DNA of 49,674 bases from an uncultured Flavobacteriales bacterium (GCA_905182775.1 CAJJCU010000007.1:1-49674), one strand, 5' to 3'. Shown: positions 28,288 through 38,364, numbered from the stretch's first letter. Translations and numbers: made by a program. Notes: generated by a model not told the origin, from the letters alone.

Positions 28288-29979
28288 TTACGCTTTTTGG
28301 GAAGTCAAATACTTTTTGTTCACAATCCAAGCGAAGAAAGCCAAATAGGCAAAGCACAATGCGCAAACAATATAGGAAGCATGCATCCCTATGATATCTC
28401 CGATCTTACCTTGCAATGGCGGAATGATCGCGCCACCTAAAATCATCATGACCAAAAAGGCAGATCCTTGAGAAGTGAATTTCCCCAAACCATTTAAGCT
28501 TAAAGCGAATATAGAGGGCCACATAATAGAGCAAAACAATCCTCCGCTTAGAAAAGCAAAAATAGCGACTCCGCCCGTAGTCATTAATCCAATAGTCATG
28601 GCTATAACACCCAATATTCCAAATATTTTTAAAGTAGGAGACGGCCTGTCTTTCCCGATAAAGAATCCAATAATTTGAACGGCAACGCAAATTGCAAACA
28701 CAAACAAGTGCTTAACTTCAAATCCGGAAATAAAATTGAGGCTAAGAACGACCCCAAACGCAATGTAAGGAACGAGTACCATTAGTATTTTCTTCATTCC
28801 AGTTGAAGGATTAAATACCGCGATCGCTCCAGTCCATCTTCCAATCATTAAACCACCCCAATACATCGATATATAAGGTGCTATTTGAGCATCTGACATG
28901 CTGCCGAAATCCGGTAATTTCAATAGCGCACCCAAATTACTTTGAATTGAAACCTCAACGCCGACATAGGTGAAGATGGCCAGCATTCCTAAAACCAATT
29001 GAGGGTACTGCATTGCTCCCCACCCTTCTTTAGATTTTTTCGCCATCATGTTGCTAATAAGCAAACCTCCAACGACAACAAGTAAGCCACCTAAAGACAA
29101 CCATAAAATTGACATTTCAGAGGCTTCACTCAGTTTTTCTCCCTCTCCTAAACCAAAGTATTGTTTAAAAACAAAAAAGAAGATACCAACCAAAAGGAGG
29201 GTTATAGTCAACAAGGATGTCATGGCCTTTTTTGCACCATGAAATTCTGAATCCGCTTTTCCGTCAGGTAACTTTTTAGAGAAGAAAAACAAAGCTGCCG
29301 CTGCTAAGAACAGTCCTCCAACGGCCATATAGAGATATTGGACTTTAGCCAAGGTTAAATTCCCCGCTGCGATTTCATCTTTTAGACTAATGTCTGCTTT
29401 TGCAGCAGTTCCAAACAAAATTAATGTTACAATAATGGGGCCGATAGTTGTCCCTAAGGAGTTTACGCCACCCGCAAGATTCAATCGATGTGAACCCGTC
29501 TCAGGCTCGCCAAGAAGAAGGGCAAATGGGTTTGCCGCTGTTTGCTGTAAAGAGAAGCCCAGCCCCACAATAAATAAGGACCCTAAAACAAAACCAAAAG
29601 CAGATGAGTCTCCAGGTTCGGCTCCTGTTACCGCCATAATCATCGCTCCCGCTCCAAAAGCAGATAAAATCAATCCGTAGACGATTCCATTTCTTAGTCC
29701 CCACTTGTTCATGATGTCCGTTTTTGCAATACTTGAAAACATAAAGAGCATCAATGCACCGATAAAATAGGCCCCATAAAATGCAAATTCAATCAATTGA
29801 CTTTGAAATTGATCCAAACTGAAATATTCCTTACAGAAACCAAGAAAAACTGAATTACCAGCTGCTATGAATCCCCAAAAGAAGAATACAGTCGTTAATG
29901 TAAATAAGGCGCTTTGATTTGTTTTCGCTTGCATTTGAGTTTTTTTAGAAGCCCAAATTAATAACTTTTTCTTTTCCAC
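28288..29979 (-). CDS. MFS sugar transporter (FucP / glucose-galactose transporter family) with an enlarged central loop
   Basis: [41 protein letters not shown]. At 563 aa it is longer than typical family members. The alternative start M16 cannot be excluded. Confidence 0.8.
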   Translation of the reverse strand: MEKKKLLIWASKKTQMQAKTNQSALFTLTTVFFFWGFIAAGNSVFLGFCKEYFSLDQFQSQLIEFAFYGAYFIGALMLFMFSSIAKTDIMNKWGLRNGIVYGLILSAFGAGAMIMAVTGAEPGDSSAFGFVLGSLFIVGLGFSLQQTAANPFALLLGEPETGSHRLNLAGGVNSLGTTIGPIIVTLILFGTAAKADISLKDEIAAGNLTLAKVQYLYMAVGGLFLAAAALFFFSKKLPDGKADSEFHGAKKAMTSLLTITLLLVGIFFFVFKQYFGLGEGEKLSEASEMSILWLSLGGLLVVVGGLLISNMMAKKSKEGWGAMQYPQLVLGMLAIFTYVGVEVSIQSNLGALLKLPDFGSMSDAQIAPYISMYWGGLMIGRWTGAIAVFNPSTGMKKILMVLVPYIAFGVVLSLNFISGFEVKHLFVFAICVAVQIIGFFIGKDRPSPTLKIFGILGVIAMTIGLMTTGGVAIFAFLSGGLFCSIMWPSIFALSLNGLGKFTSQGSAFLVMMILGGAIIPPLQGKIGDIIGMHASYIVCALCFAYLAFFAWIVNKKYLTSQKA

Positions 29980-30185
29980 AGCCTTTTGAAAGAAATATTG
30001 ACGCTAAGACGATGCCTAATATAGACCCTTAATGACGGTTTAAACAACACAAGAAAGAAGCACCATATAAGATGCCGCCCGACCAACATCCTGTAATAAG
30101 GATGTACATAATATATTATTTAGCCCATGGCCTGATGACAAAAAGGAAAAGAGCACATTGGAAATCTGACGTATTGTCATAGAAA

Positions 30186-30193
30186 TAATTTTG
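30186..30193 (+). promoter_or_regulatory. -7 promoter box TAATTTTG
   Basis: Exact TAnnTTTG match, 25 nt upstream of the ATG at 30219. Confidence 0.4.
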
Positions 30194-30218
30194 GCTTGAT
30201 TTTGGTCTAATTGAAAGC

Positions 30219-31961
30219 ATGAGTAAAGACAAAAAAAAAGTGACTTTTAAGTGGGCATTTAAAGAATATATTTGGCCTCGTAAAGGAATGCTTGGGCTCG
30301 GGTTAGTTCTGATTTTAATCCAAAGTGCATCCGGGATGGTGGCACCGTATGCAAGTCGTTTTTTGTTTGATGACATTGTTCCCAATAAAGATATGAATGG
30401 GCTATGGGTGCTTTTAGCCGTTGTAGCAGCTTCTATTCTAATTCGCTCTCTGACCTCTTTCAGTCTTGCAAGATTGCTTAGTGTTCAGGCGCAACATATG
30501 ATTTCCCAAATGCGAGTTCAAGTACAAAGTAAGCTCATGAAGCTTCCTATAGGATTCTTCGATAATCATAAGTCAGGGGCATTGGTTTCGCGTGTAATGA
30601 CCGATGTTGAGGGGGTTCGTAATCTTGTCGGCACGGGCTTTGTCCAGTTAATTGGAGGTGCCTTAACCTCTATCGCTTCGATTGTACTTCTTTTACAAAT
30701 CAGCCCAATTATGACAGTTTCGGTCTTGGTGCCTATCTTAATTTTTGCTGTGGTGATGCTCAAGGCTTTTGGCTATGTGCGCCCTATATTCAGAGAGCGG
30801 GGGAAAATCAATGCTGAGGTTCAAGGTAGTTTAACAGAGACTTTAGGCGGTGTCCGAGTTATAAAAGCATTTAATGCTGAAAAACAAGAGAATGCCAACT
30901 TTGAGAAAGGGGTAGATCGACTGTATCAGAACGTCAAAAAGAGTTTAACCGCAACCGCACTTATTGGGAGCTCTTCCATCTTTTTAATTGGACTTGCTTC
31001 AACTGGAATTATGGGGATCGGTGGATACTTCATGATGGGAGGAACATTGTCCATGGGCGAGTTTCTTTCCTTTACATTGCTGCTTGGATTCATGATTGCG
31101 CCCATTGTTCAAATGGGTAATATTGGAAGTCAATTAACAGAAGCTATGGCAGGTCTTGATCGAACCCAAGAATTAATGAACATGAAAGAAGAAGATGATG
31201 CAGAGGTTCGAACTGCATTTTTGAAAGAGGTTAATGGTGATATTGAATTCCATGATGTTTCATTCAGCTACGAAGAAAGTAAAGAAGTGTTGCACAACAT
31301 CTCTTTTGAGGCAAAGCCGGGGAGTGTTACGGCTTTGGTGGGCTCATCAGGTTCTGGAAAGTCCACAATAGCAGGATTGGTAGCAACCTTTCTAAATCCT
31401 GAATCGGGTAAGGTAACAATCGATTCAATTGATTTATCCACAGTGAATTTAAGTAGCTTCAGACAGCATCTCGCCGTCGTGCTTCAGGACGATTTTCTCT
31501 TTGAAGGTACGATTCGAGACAATATTCTATTTCCGAGACCTGAGGCCACGGAGCAAGAGCTAAAGCAGGCCGTTAAGGGCGCATATGTAGATGAATTTAC
31601 AGATCGATTTGAAGACGGACTGGATACTATTATCGGTGAACGAGGAGTGAAACTATCAGGTGGGCAGCGCCAAAGAATTTCTATTTCTCGCGCGATTTTA
31701 GCGAATCCAAAAATTATTATTCTAGATGAAGCAACATCCAATTTAGATACTGAAAGCGAGTCCTACATCCAGAAAAGTTTGAACGAACTAATGAAGAACC
31801 GAACGACCTTTGTTATTGCCCATCGATTGAGTACGATTCGTCAAGCAGATCAAATATTAGTCATTGAAGAGGGAAAGATTGCTGAGCAAGGAACACATGA
31901 TACGCTACTAAAAACCAAAGGGCGTTACCATGAATTGCATACCTACCAAAGCAGGATCTAA
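30219..31961 (+). CDS. ABC transporter, fused permease/ATPase (MsbA-like exporter)
   Basis: Six N-terminal TM helices. Walker A GSSGSGKST, signature LSGGQRQR, Walker B IIILDEATS, H-loop AHRLST. Confidence 0.9.
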   Translation: MSKDKKKVTFKWAFKEYIWPRKGMLGLGLVLILIQSASGMVAPYASRFLFDDIVPNKDMNGLWVLLAVVAASILIRSLTSFSLARLLSVQAQHMISQMRVQVQSKLMKLPIGFFDNHKSGALVSRVMTDVEGVRNLVGTGFVQLIGGALTSIASIVLLLQISPIMTVSVLVPILIFAVVMLKAFGYVRPIFRERGKINAEVQGSLTETLGGVRVIKAFNAEKQENANFEKGVDRLYQNVKKSLTATALIGSSSIFLIGLASTGIMGIGGYFMMGGTLSMGEFLSFTLLLGFMIAPIVQMGNIGSQLTEAMAGLDRTQELMNMKEEDDAEVRTAFLKEVNGDIEFHDVSFSYEESKEVLHNISFEAKPGSVTALVGSSGSGKSTIAGLVATFLNPESGKVTIDSIDLSTVNLSSFRQHLAVVLQDDFLFEGTIRDNILFPRPEATEQELKQAVKGAYVDEFTDRFEDGLDTIIGERGVKLSGGQRQRISISRAILANPKIIILDEATSNLDTESESYIQKSLNELMKNRTTFVIAHRLSTIRQADQILVIEEGKIAEQGTHDTLLKTKGRYHELHTYQSRI

Positions 31962-31998
31962 GGCATTATAACAATTAGATTAATGATTTGAGATTGGG

Positions 31999-33948
31999 CT
32001 AAGAATTTACAGCTTCCCTTTTTTTAACAAGGCCTATGTTTAGCATTTCTTTAACGGTCTGAACAATTGATTTTGTATCAAAGCCACATTCTTCCCAAAG
32101 CTCTATTTGGGTTCCTTGCTGGATATAAGCATCAGGAATCCCCAATCGCGTAATGTCCGCGCGGTATTTTTGATCTGCCATAAATTCGATGACAGCAGAA
32201 CCGAAACCACCCATCAAACAACCATCCTCCACGGTGATTACTTTATCAAATTTTGAGAAGACCTCGTGCAACATTGTTTCATCAATAGGTTTTACAAAAC
32301 GCATATCATAGTGTGCTACAGAAGCTCCCATTTCTTTTAATTCTATAATGGCATCTTGAGCAAAATTACCGGGATGACCGATAGTTAATAGGGCGATATC
32401 ATCCCCATTATTTATTCTTCTGCCTTTTCCAATAGGGATTTCCTTCATTGGCTTTTTCCAATCCGTCATTACGCCTCTTCCCCTCGGGTACCGAATGGTA
32501 AAAGGACCCTGGTTAGGCAATTGGCCCGTAAACATCAGGTTTCTTAGCTCCTTCTCATTCATAGGTGCGGCAATCGTCATATTAGGTATACAACGCATAT
32601 AGGACAGGTCATAAGCTCCGTGATGCGTAGCGCCATCAGCGCCAACTAAACCGGCCCGGTCGAGACAGAAGACAACATCGAGGTTTTGTAATGCAACATC
32701 GTGTAAGACCTGATCATAAGCACGCTGCATGAATGTAGAATATATATTGCAAAAAGGCAGCATCCCCTCTGCAGCTAAACCTGCGCTAAACGTAACCGCA
32801 TGCTGCTCGGCAATACCCACATCAAATGCACGGTCTGGCATAGCACTCATCATGATGTTTAAGGAACAGCCAGATGGCATTGCGGGAGTAACCCCCATTA
32901 TTTTGGAATTTAATTCTGCTAATTCAACAATCGTATGCCCAAAAACATCCTGATATTTAGGCGGTTCCGGAGAGGAAGGTATAATTTTAACGATCTCTCC
33001 CGTTTCCTTATTAAAGACTCCTGGAGCATGCCACTTTGTAGGGTTCCCTTCTTCCGAATATTTAAATCCAGCGCCTTTTCTAGTAATACAATGCAGAATT
33101 TTCGGGCCAGGAATGTCTTTTAAATCTTCTAATATTTTGGTCAATCGAATAACATCATGCCCATCAACGGGGCCATAATATTTAAAGTTCAAAGACTCAA
33201 ATAAATTGCCTTGCTTCAAGCTAGCACCCTTGAGTAACTTTGATACTTTAGCCACTATGCTTTGCGCATCTGAACCTATTTTGGGAACGCTACCTAAAAG
33301 CTTCCATATTTCGTCCTTGATATTTTGATAAGGACGAGAACTTAATCGTTTTGAATCTTCTTTTAAAGCGCCAACACTAGGGTCTATCGACATTCCATTG
33401 TCGTTCAAGATAACGATGAGGTTTGCATCTTTTTCTAACCCTGCATGATTCATGCCTTCAAAAGCCATTCCTGCTGTCATTGCTCCATCTCCAATAACTG
33501 CAACGTGTTGGGTTTTTGTATCACCTTTGTATTTATTTGCAACCGCCATTCCCAGTACAGCAGAAACGGAGGTCGAAGAATGTCCTACACCAAATGAATC
33601 GTAGGCACTTTCCGAACGCTTTGGAAAACCAGAAATCCCTCCCTTACTACGGTTGGTATGAAACTGCTTGCGCCGGCCTGTTAATATTTTGTGACCATAG
33701 GCTTGGTGGCCAACATCCCAAACGATGATGTCTTCTGGCGTATTAAAAACATAATGCAATGCAACCGTCAATTCTACGACACCTAAGCTGGCGCCAAAAT
33801 GACTGTTCCCAATCTCGGAGATCACATCGATGATAAATTGCCTTAACTCAGCAGAAACTTGAGGCAAGTCTTCTTTCGAAAACTTGTCGCGCAAATCTTT
33901 AGGGAAGTCAATTTGATCAAGAAAATTTCCAGGCTTAAATTTTGACAT
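31999..33948 (-). CDS. dxs: 1-deoxy-D-xylulose-5-phosphate synthase
   Basis: 649 aa. GHSSTSVSA, GDGAMTAGMAFE (ThDP motif), PMNEKELRNL. Dxs-like along its full length. Confidence 0.95.
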   Translation of the reverse strand: MSKFKPGNFLDQIDFPKDLRDKFSKEDLPQVSAELRQFIIDVISEIGNSHFGASLGVVELTVALHYVFNTPEDIIVWDVGHQAYGHKILTGRRKQFHTNRSKGGISGFPKRSESAYDSFGVGHSSTSVSAVLGMAVANKYKGDTKTQHVAVIGDGAMTAGMAFEGMNHAGLEKDANLIVILNDNGMSIDPSVGALKEDSKRLSSRPYQNIKDEIWKLLGSVPKIGSDAQSIVAKVSKLLKGASLKQGNLFESLNFKYYGPVDGHDVIRLTKILEDLKDIPGPKILHCITRKGAGFKYSEEGNPTKWHAPGVFNKETGEIVKIIPSSPEPPKYQDVFGHTIVELAELNSKIMGVTPAMPSGCSLNIMMSAMPDRAFDVGIAEQHAVTFSAGLAAEGMLPFCNIYSTFMQRAYDQVLHDVALQNLDVVFCLDRAGLVGADGATHHGAYDLSYMRCIPNMTIAAPMNEKELRNLMFTGQLPNQGPFTIRYPRGRGVMTDWKKPMKEIPIGKGRRINNGDDIALLTIGHPGNFAQDAIIELKEMGASVAHYDMRFVKPIDETMLHEVFSKFDKVITVEDGCLMGGFGSAVIEFMADQKYRADITRLGIPDAYIQQGTQIELWEECGFDTKSIVQTVKEMLNIGLVKKREAVNS

Positions 33949-33959
33949 AATACGTAACG

Positions 33960-33967
33960 CAAAATTA
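33960..33967 (-). promoter_or_regulatory. -7 promoter box TAATTTTG (minus strand)
   Basis: CAAAATTA on the + strand, 11 nt upstream of the dxs start codon. Confidence 0.4.
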
Positions 33968-34037
33968 AATGTTTTAACACTGTTAACCTAACATCGAAAA
34001 AGCAATAAAGTTCTCAAATCGGAACAGTCTTAAGAAC

Positions 34038-35480
34038 CTATATTGGCCTACGTTCAACAACAATGATTCCCGCTGCAAATGACAATAAAAGAACGTTTCT
34101 GAAAATGAGATTGGCGTAAGACCCACCAATATTTACATTTATGGCAATCGCATAAATCAATAAGGCGCCACCCGTATATAAAACAAACTTTTTCAAATTA
34201 TAGGGTATCGGATAATGTTTTTGCCCAAGAAGGTAGGACAGCACCATTTGAAAAAAGTAGACAATCAATGTTGCCCAAGCACATGCCATGTAACCATATT
34301 TCGGGATAAACAATACGTTGACAAATACTGTGATTAAAGCACCGGATATAGCAATATAGGCACCATATTTTGTTTTACCACTTAGCTTATACCAAATACT
34401 TTGGTTGTAATAAATGCCCAGAAAAACATTTGCAAGAAGTAAAATAGGGACTACTTTCAAACCAATCCAATAGGACTCGTTCTGAATGAAATGCTTGAAA
34501 ACATCCAGGTTAAGGCTTACAAGCAAAAATACACAGCAAACCAATCCAATAAAGGCATTCATGACCTTTACATAAGTATGGTTCTTATTTTCTTTATTCA
34601 TTTGACTAAAGAAGAAAGGTTCTGCGGCATACCTGTAAGCCTGCAAAAAGATAGCTACAAGCATTGCTAATTTATAAGAAGCACTGTAAATTCCCACTTG
34701 AGACTCTGCGTAATTCAAGGATTCCGGGATCAAAGGGTCATAAAGCATCTGCTTTAATAGGATTCGGTCTAATGTCTCATTAATAATTCCCGCAAAACCA
34801 GCTATTGCCAAAGGAAGTGAATAAAAAATCATCTTTTTAAACAAGGCCTTATCGAAAGGAGTCGTAAGCTTAAAGGATTTATATAATAGCAGCGGCTTAA
34901 CCAAAGAAGACACAAGATTTGCGACTAAGATATAAAACACCCCTTTTTCTGGGTTTTCCGGAGAGACAAAACCAAGCATTAAAATTAAGTTCAAGGCAAT
35001 ATTTACACCTATAGCACTAAATTGAATCAAAGAAAAACGTAGTGCTTTTTCTTCAGCCCTAAGTTTCGCCAAGGGCAAAGAAGAAATCGCATCAATACCT
35101 ACTATGGCTCCCAGCAATAAGATGTATTCACCATGATGCTCAAAGAGCAGCATGCGAGCCAAATCCTGATGGAAAATTGCCAGAACTATAAAAAACAACC
35201 CATTTACAAACAGTAAAGAAATAAGGGCCGTCGAAAAGGTTTTTTCTTTATCCCCGTCTTTTTGAATAAACTTAAAAAATGCCGTCTCCATGCCAAATGT
35301 CAATAGCACAATCAGAAAAGCCACCCAAGCATAAAGTTCAGAAACGACGCCGTAATCCGCTGGATTGACAAAAACAGAAGTATACAATGGGACCAAAAGG
35401 TAATTCAGGAGCCTTCCCAAAATGGAAGACAAACCATAAATTGCCGTTTGCCCAAAAAGTCTCTTTACAGGACTTGTCAT
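34038..35480 (-). CDS. Oligosaccharide/polysaccharide flippase family protein (MOP superfamily, Wzx-like)
   Basis: 480 aa with about 14 hydrophobic helices. The N-terminus GQTAIYGLSSILGRLLNYLLVPLYT is typical of this family. Confidence 0.7.
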   Translation of the reverse strand: MTSPVKRLFGQTAIYGLSSILGRLLNYLLVPLYTSVFVNPADYGVVSELYAWVAFLIVLLTFGMETAFFKFIQKDGDKEKTFSTALISLLFVNGLFFIVLAIFHQDLARMLLFEHHGEYILLLGAIVGIDAISSLPLAKLRAEEKALRFSLIQFSAIGVNIALNLILMLGFVSPENPEKGVFYILVANLVSSLVKPLLLYKSFKLTTPFDKALFKKMIFYSLPLAIAGFAGIINETLDRILLKQMLYDPLIPESLNYAESQVGIYSASYKLAMLVAIFLQAYRYAAEPFFFSQMNKENKNHTYVKVMNAFIGLVCCVFLLVSLNLDVFKHFIQNESYWIGLKVVPILLLANVFLGIYYNQSIWYKLSGKTKYGAYIAISGALITVFVNVLFIPKYGYMACAWATLIVYFFQMVLSYLLGQKHYPIPYNLKKFVLYTGGALLIYAIAINVNIGGSYANLIFRNVLLLSFAAGIIVVERRPI

Positions 35481-35481
35481 A

Positions 35482-36258
35482 TTATTCTCTGAAATTCGCT
35501 TTTCTTTTTTCTAGAAAAGCAGTTGTTCCCTCTTTAAATTCAGGAGTGCCAAAGCATTTTGCAAACTCCTCTATTTCAACTTCATATCCATTTACCCCTG
35601 AGGTATACCCCGCATTGACCGCTTTTATTGCCGATCGGATCGCCATAGGTGAATTTCTTAAAATTTTAGAAGCCATCTTTTTAGCAGTATCCATAAGCTC
35701 GTCTTGCTCTACCACCGAATTAACAAGACCGCATCGATAGGCTTCATCTGCACTAATCATTCCTGCAGTAAAGATAAGCTCATTCGCTTTCCCTTTTCCA
35801 ACCAACTCTGCCAATCGTTGTGTCCCGCCATAACCGGGAATAACCCCTAGGGATACTTCGGGCAGTCCCATTTTAGCATTTGATGATGCGATTCGAATAT
35901 GGGCTGACATCGCCAGCTCCAGACCTCCACCAAGTGCAAAACCATTAACTGCAGCGATAATTGGCTTCGGAAAATGTGCTACCAAATCAAACAACAAGGC
36001 CTGTCCTTGTTGAGCTAATGCCCCACCCTCCGCTATGGAAAAGTCTGCAAACTCTTTGATATCCGCTCCAGCCACAAAAGCTTTGTCCCCTACACCTGTA
36101 ATGATCACGACACCAACACTTTGATCTGTAGCGAGTTCCTTTAAAGCGCTATTGGCTTCTTGAATCGTTAGTTTATTGAGGGCATTAAGCTGTTTTGGGC
36201 GGTTAATCGTTAAAACGCCAATATGGTTAGCAACCTCTAAAGAAATATTTTCGAACAT
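35482..36258 (-). CDS. Enoyl-CoA hydratase/isomerase (crotonase) family protein
   Basis: 258 aa. FVAGADI, NGFALGGGLELAMSAHIRIAS (oxyanion-hole motifs). Lies 1 nt upstream of the flippase gene. Confidence 0.9.
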   Translation of the reverse strand: MFENISLEVANHIGVLTINRPKQLNALNKLTIQEANSALKELATDQSVGVVIITGVGDKAFVAGADIKEFADFSIAEGGALAQQGQALLFDLVAHFPKPIIAAVNGFALGGGLELAMSAHIRIASSNAKMGLPEVSLGVIPGYGGTQRLAELVGKGKANELIFTAGMISADEAYRCGLVNSVVEQDELMDTAKKMASKILRNSPMAIRSAIKAVNAGYTSGVNGYEVEIEEFAKCFGTPEFKEGTTAFLEKRKANFRE

Positions 36259-36375
36259 CTTGTTAAAATTTGTGTTAAATATAAGCTTTCTTCGATGAGC
36301 GATTTGGGAAAATTATGCTTTTTTATTATTTCTGATTAATCCAATGTAAGTGAAGAGAAACCTTTATTTAATTCG

Positions 36376-36383
36376 TAATTTTG
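36376..36383 (+). promoter_or_regulatory. -7 promoter box TAATTTTG
   Basis: Exact TAnnTTTG match, 7 nt upstream of the cyoE ATG at 36391. Confidence 0.45.
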
Positions 36384-36390
36384 CATCGTA

Positions 36391-37293
36391 ATGGCTCAAG
36401 AAATTACTTCAAATCCTAACATACTCAAAATAATCTTGGTGTTTACCAAGTTTCGACTTTCTTTTTTGGTCGTAATTTCTGCCTTGTCTGGTTATCTGTT
36501 TGCAGGGGGAGCGGATTTAAATATAATCACACTTTTAATGGTTGGTGGCTCATTCGTTACAGCAGCATCCAATGGAGCAAATCAAATCTGGGAGAAAGAC
36601 ATTGACAAGCTCATGAAAAGAACGGAAAACAGACCGTTACCTCAAGGTCAAATGAGTGTAAATACAGCTTATTTATTAGTGATTTCTTTACTTATTGTTG
36701 GTACATTCTTACTTTATTTAATCAACATTAGATGTGCGGTATTGGGCGTCGCCGCATTTATCTCCTATGTGTTTATATACACCCCTATGAAGTCACGCAG
36801 CTCTTGGGCTGTTTTTGTCGGCGCCTTTCCTGGTGCTATTCCCCCATTACTTGGAGCAATAGCTGCAACAAATGAATTCGGTTTTTTACCCGGTGTTTTA
36901 TTTTTCGTGCAATTTACGTGGCAATTTCCTCACTTTTGGGCCATAGCTTGGGTCACTCATGAAGATTATGCAAAAGCGGGGTATCACCTACTCCCGTCTG
37001 CTCAGGGAAAATCAAAACAATCTGCTTTTCAAATTCTTTTATATTCCTTTGCCCTAATACCATTTAGTCTGATTCCATGGCTCTTAGATTGGACAGGAAA
37101 TACAACCTTTGTAATCGCCGCGTTATTAGGTATTATGTTCTTTCTATATGCTTACAAACTTTTTTTAAGTCAACAAGATGCTGATGCCCGTAAACTTATG
37201 TTCGCCTCTTTTGTTTATTTACCAATTATTCAATTTACCTATGTGTTCGACAAAGCAGAACACATTAAAATTTTAAGTGATGGATTTATCTAA
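36391..37293 (+). CDS. cyoE: Protoheme IX farnesyltransferase (heme O synthase)
   Basis: UbiA-family motifs NQIWEKDIDKLMKRTENRPLP. 300 aa with about 9 TM helices. First gene of the oxidase accessory operon. Confidence 0.9.
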   Translation: MAQEITSNPNILKIILVFTKFRLSFLVVISALSGYLFAGGADLNIITLLMVGGSFVTAASNGANQIWEKDIDKLMKRTENRPLPQGQMSVNTAYLLVISLLIVGTFLLYLINIRCAVLGVAAFISYVFIYTPMKSRSSWAVFVGAFPGAIPPLLGAIAATNEFGFLPGVLFFVQFTWQFPHFWAIAWVTHEDYAKAGYHLLPSAQGKSKQSAFQILLYSFALIPFSLIPWLLDWTGNTTFVIAALLGIMFFLYAYKLFLSQQDADARKLMFASFVYLPIIQFTYVFDKAEHIKILSDGFI

Positions 37294-38341
37294 AGATTTA
37301 GACCCTTCGGTCAATGAGAAAATGAAGAAAAACTTAGTTTATGTAAGTTGCTTCAGTATTGTTATGCTTTTTGCTGGACTGACCTCTGCCTATATTGTTA
37401 GCATGGGCGATGCGTTTTGGTTAAATGCGCCGCTACCAATTGCATTTTGGTGGAGCACAGCGTGTATCGTATTGAGTAGTTTGACATTTGTTCTAGCGAT
37501 TAGAGCTGCAAAGAAAGGTCAAAATAGCCTTCTCAAGATTGGCATGGTAGTCACCTTGGTTTTGGGACTTCTTTTTGTATACTTTCAATGGTCTGGATTT
37601 GGTCAATTAATGAATAAAGGGGTTCATCCTTTTCAGAACCACCTTGTTGTTACAGATGGGCGCTATGGGGATTATTTCGAGGTGAAAAAAGGCGACCAAT
37701 ACATCACGGTAGATGGAAACGACTACCTTTTGAATGGTAAAAAGATGTCGGCTAAAGATTTTGAGAGCTTCCAGAATTACATGAACGAATTCATTTCCGG
37801 AGACAACTACAATAACAAATTTAGATTGGTTACTTCTGAAAAAGCGCAAGATTTCACATTACTTTTCAATAACAACACGCTCCAAGTCAAAAATCAAACC
37901 TTCTATTTAAATGATTCTACCCCTCTTAAATCAGCCGATGTATTGCGCTTAAAACAACTCTCTCAAAATGTCGTTGACGGCAGAGGTGACTTTTTCGCAA
38001 AAGGTAAGTTAGGCGAAGACTTTGACATCTCATTTAAAGGAGAAAAACTTGAATATAAAAACCGGAAGCTTTATTATAAAAACAAAGTTTTATCAAACTT
38101 CTTGCAGATTAAAGCCACTGAATCTTCAGATATGGCGTCTTCCTTTTTGTACATTTTAATCTTCCTACATTTATTGCATATTGCTGCCGCTCTGATCTAT
38201 TTAAGTAGGGTCGTATTGCGGACTCTATTAAATCGATTTAGCTCTGAGAATCACTTAACTCTAAGGCTAACCTCGATTTTCTGGCACTTTTTAGGGCTTT
38301 TATGGGGCTACTTAATACTGTTTTTGGTTTTTATTCATTAA
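37280..38341 (+). CDS. Cytochrome c oxidase subunit III-like protein (first of two) carrying a ~165-aa hydrophilic insertion
   Basis: CoxIII-like TM helices at both ends (LFAGLTSAYIV, IGMVVTLVLGLLFVYFQ, FLHLLHIAAALIYL, IFWHFLGLLWGYLILFL). Start is GTG 37277 or ATG 37280, overlapping the cyoE stop. Confidence 0.7.
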   Translation: MDLSKDLDPSVNEKMKKNLVYVSCFSIVMLFAGLTSAYIVSMGDAFWLNAPLPIAFWWSTACIVLSSLTFVLAIRAAKKGQNSLLKIGMVVTLVLGLLFVYFQWSGFGQLMNKGVHPFQNHLVVTDGRYGDYFEVKKGDQYITVDGNDYLLNGKKMSAKDFESFQNYMNEFISGDNYNNKFRLVTSEKAQDFTLLFNNNTLQVKNQTFYLNDSTPLKSADVLRLKQLSQNVVDGRGDFFAKGKLGEDFDISFKGEKLEYKNRKLYYKNKVLSNFLQIKATESSDMASSFLYILIFLHLLHIAAALIYLSRVVLRTLLNRFSSENHLTLRLTSIFWHFLGLLWGYLILFLVFIH

Positions 38342-38364
38342 ACTTGCATAAAAAAACCTTGTAA

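Noticed and set aside
30072-30182. 36-codon ORF (MPPDQHPVIRMY...) and a 7-bp hairpin (30086-30105, ACATCCT/AGGATGT) in the 239-bp divergent intergenic region between the MFS and ABC genes
   Set aside because: The ORF has no recognisable features and ends just before the ABC gene's -7 box. The hairpin has no T-run and no recognisable riboswitch or attenuator context. There is not enough evidence to call a small protein or RNA.
30231-30239. A9/T9 homopolymers (30231-30239 at the ABC gene 5' end, 3376-3384 in the kinase gene, 17254-17262 intergenic)
   Set aside because: Poly-A/T runs encoding Lys stretches are common in AT-rich genomes. Unlike the G8 tract, they are not compositionally unusual here.
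35387-35740. 117-aa plus-strand ORF spanning the junction of the flippase and crotonase genes
   Set aside because: It crosses two convincing minus-strand genes separated by 1 nt and has no motif or promoter support.
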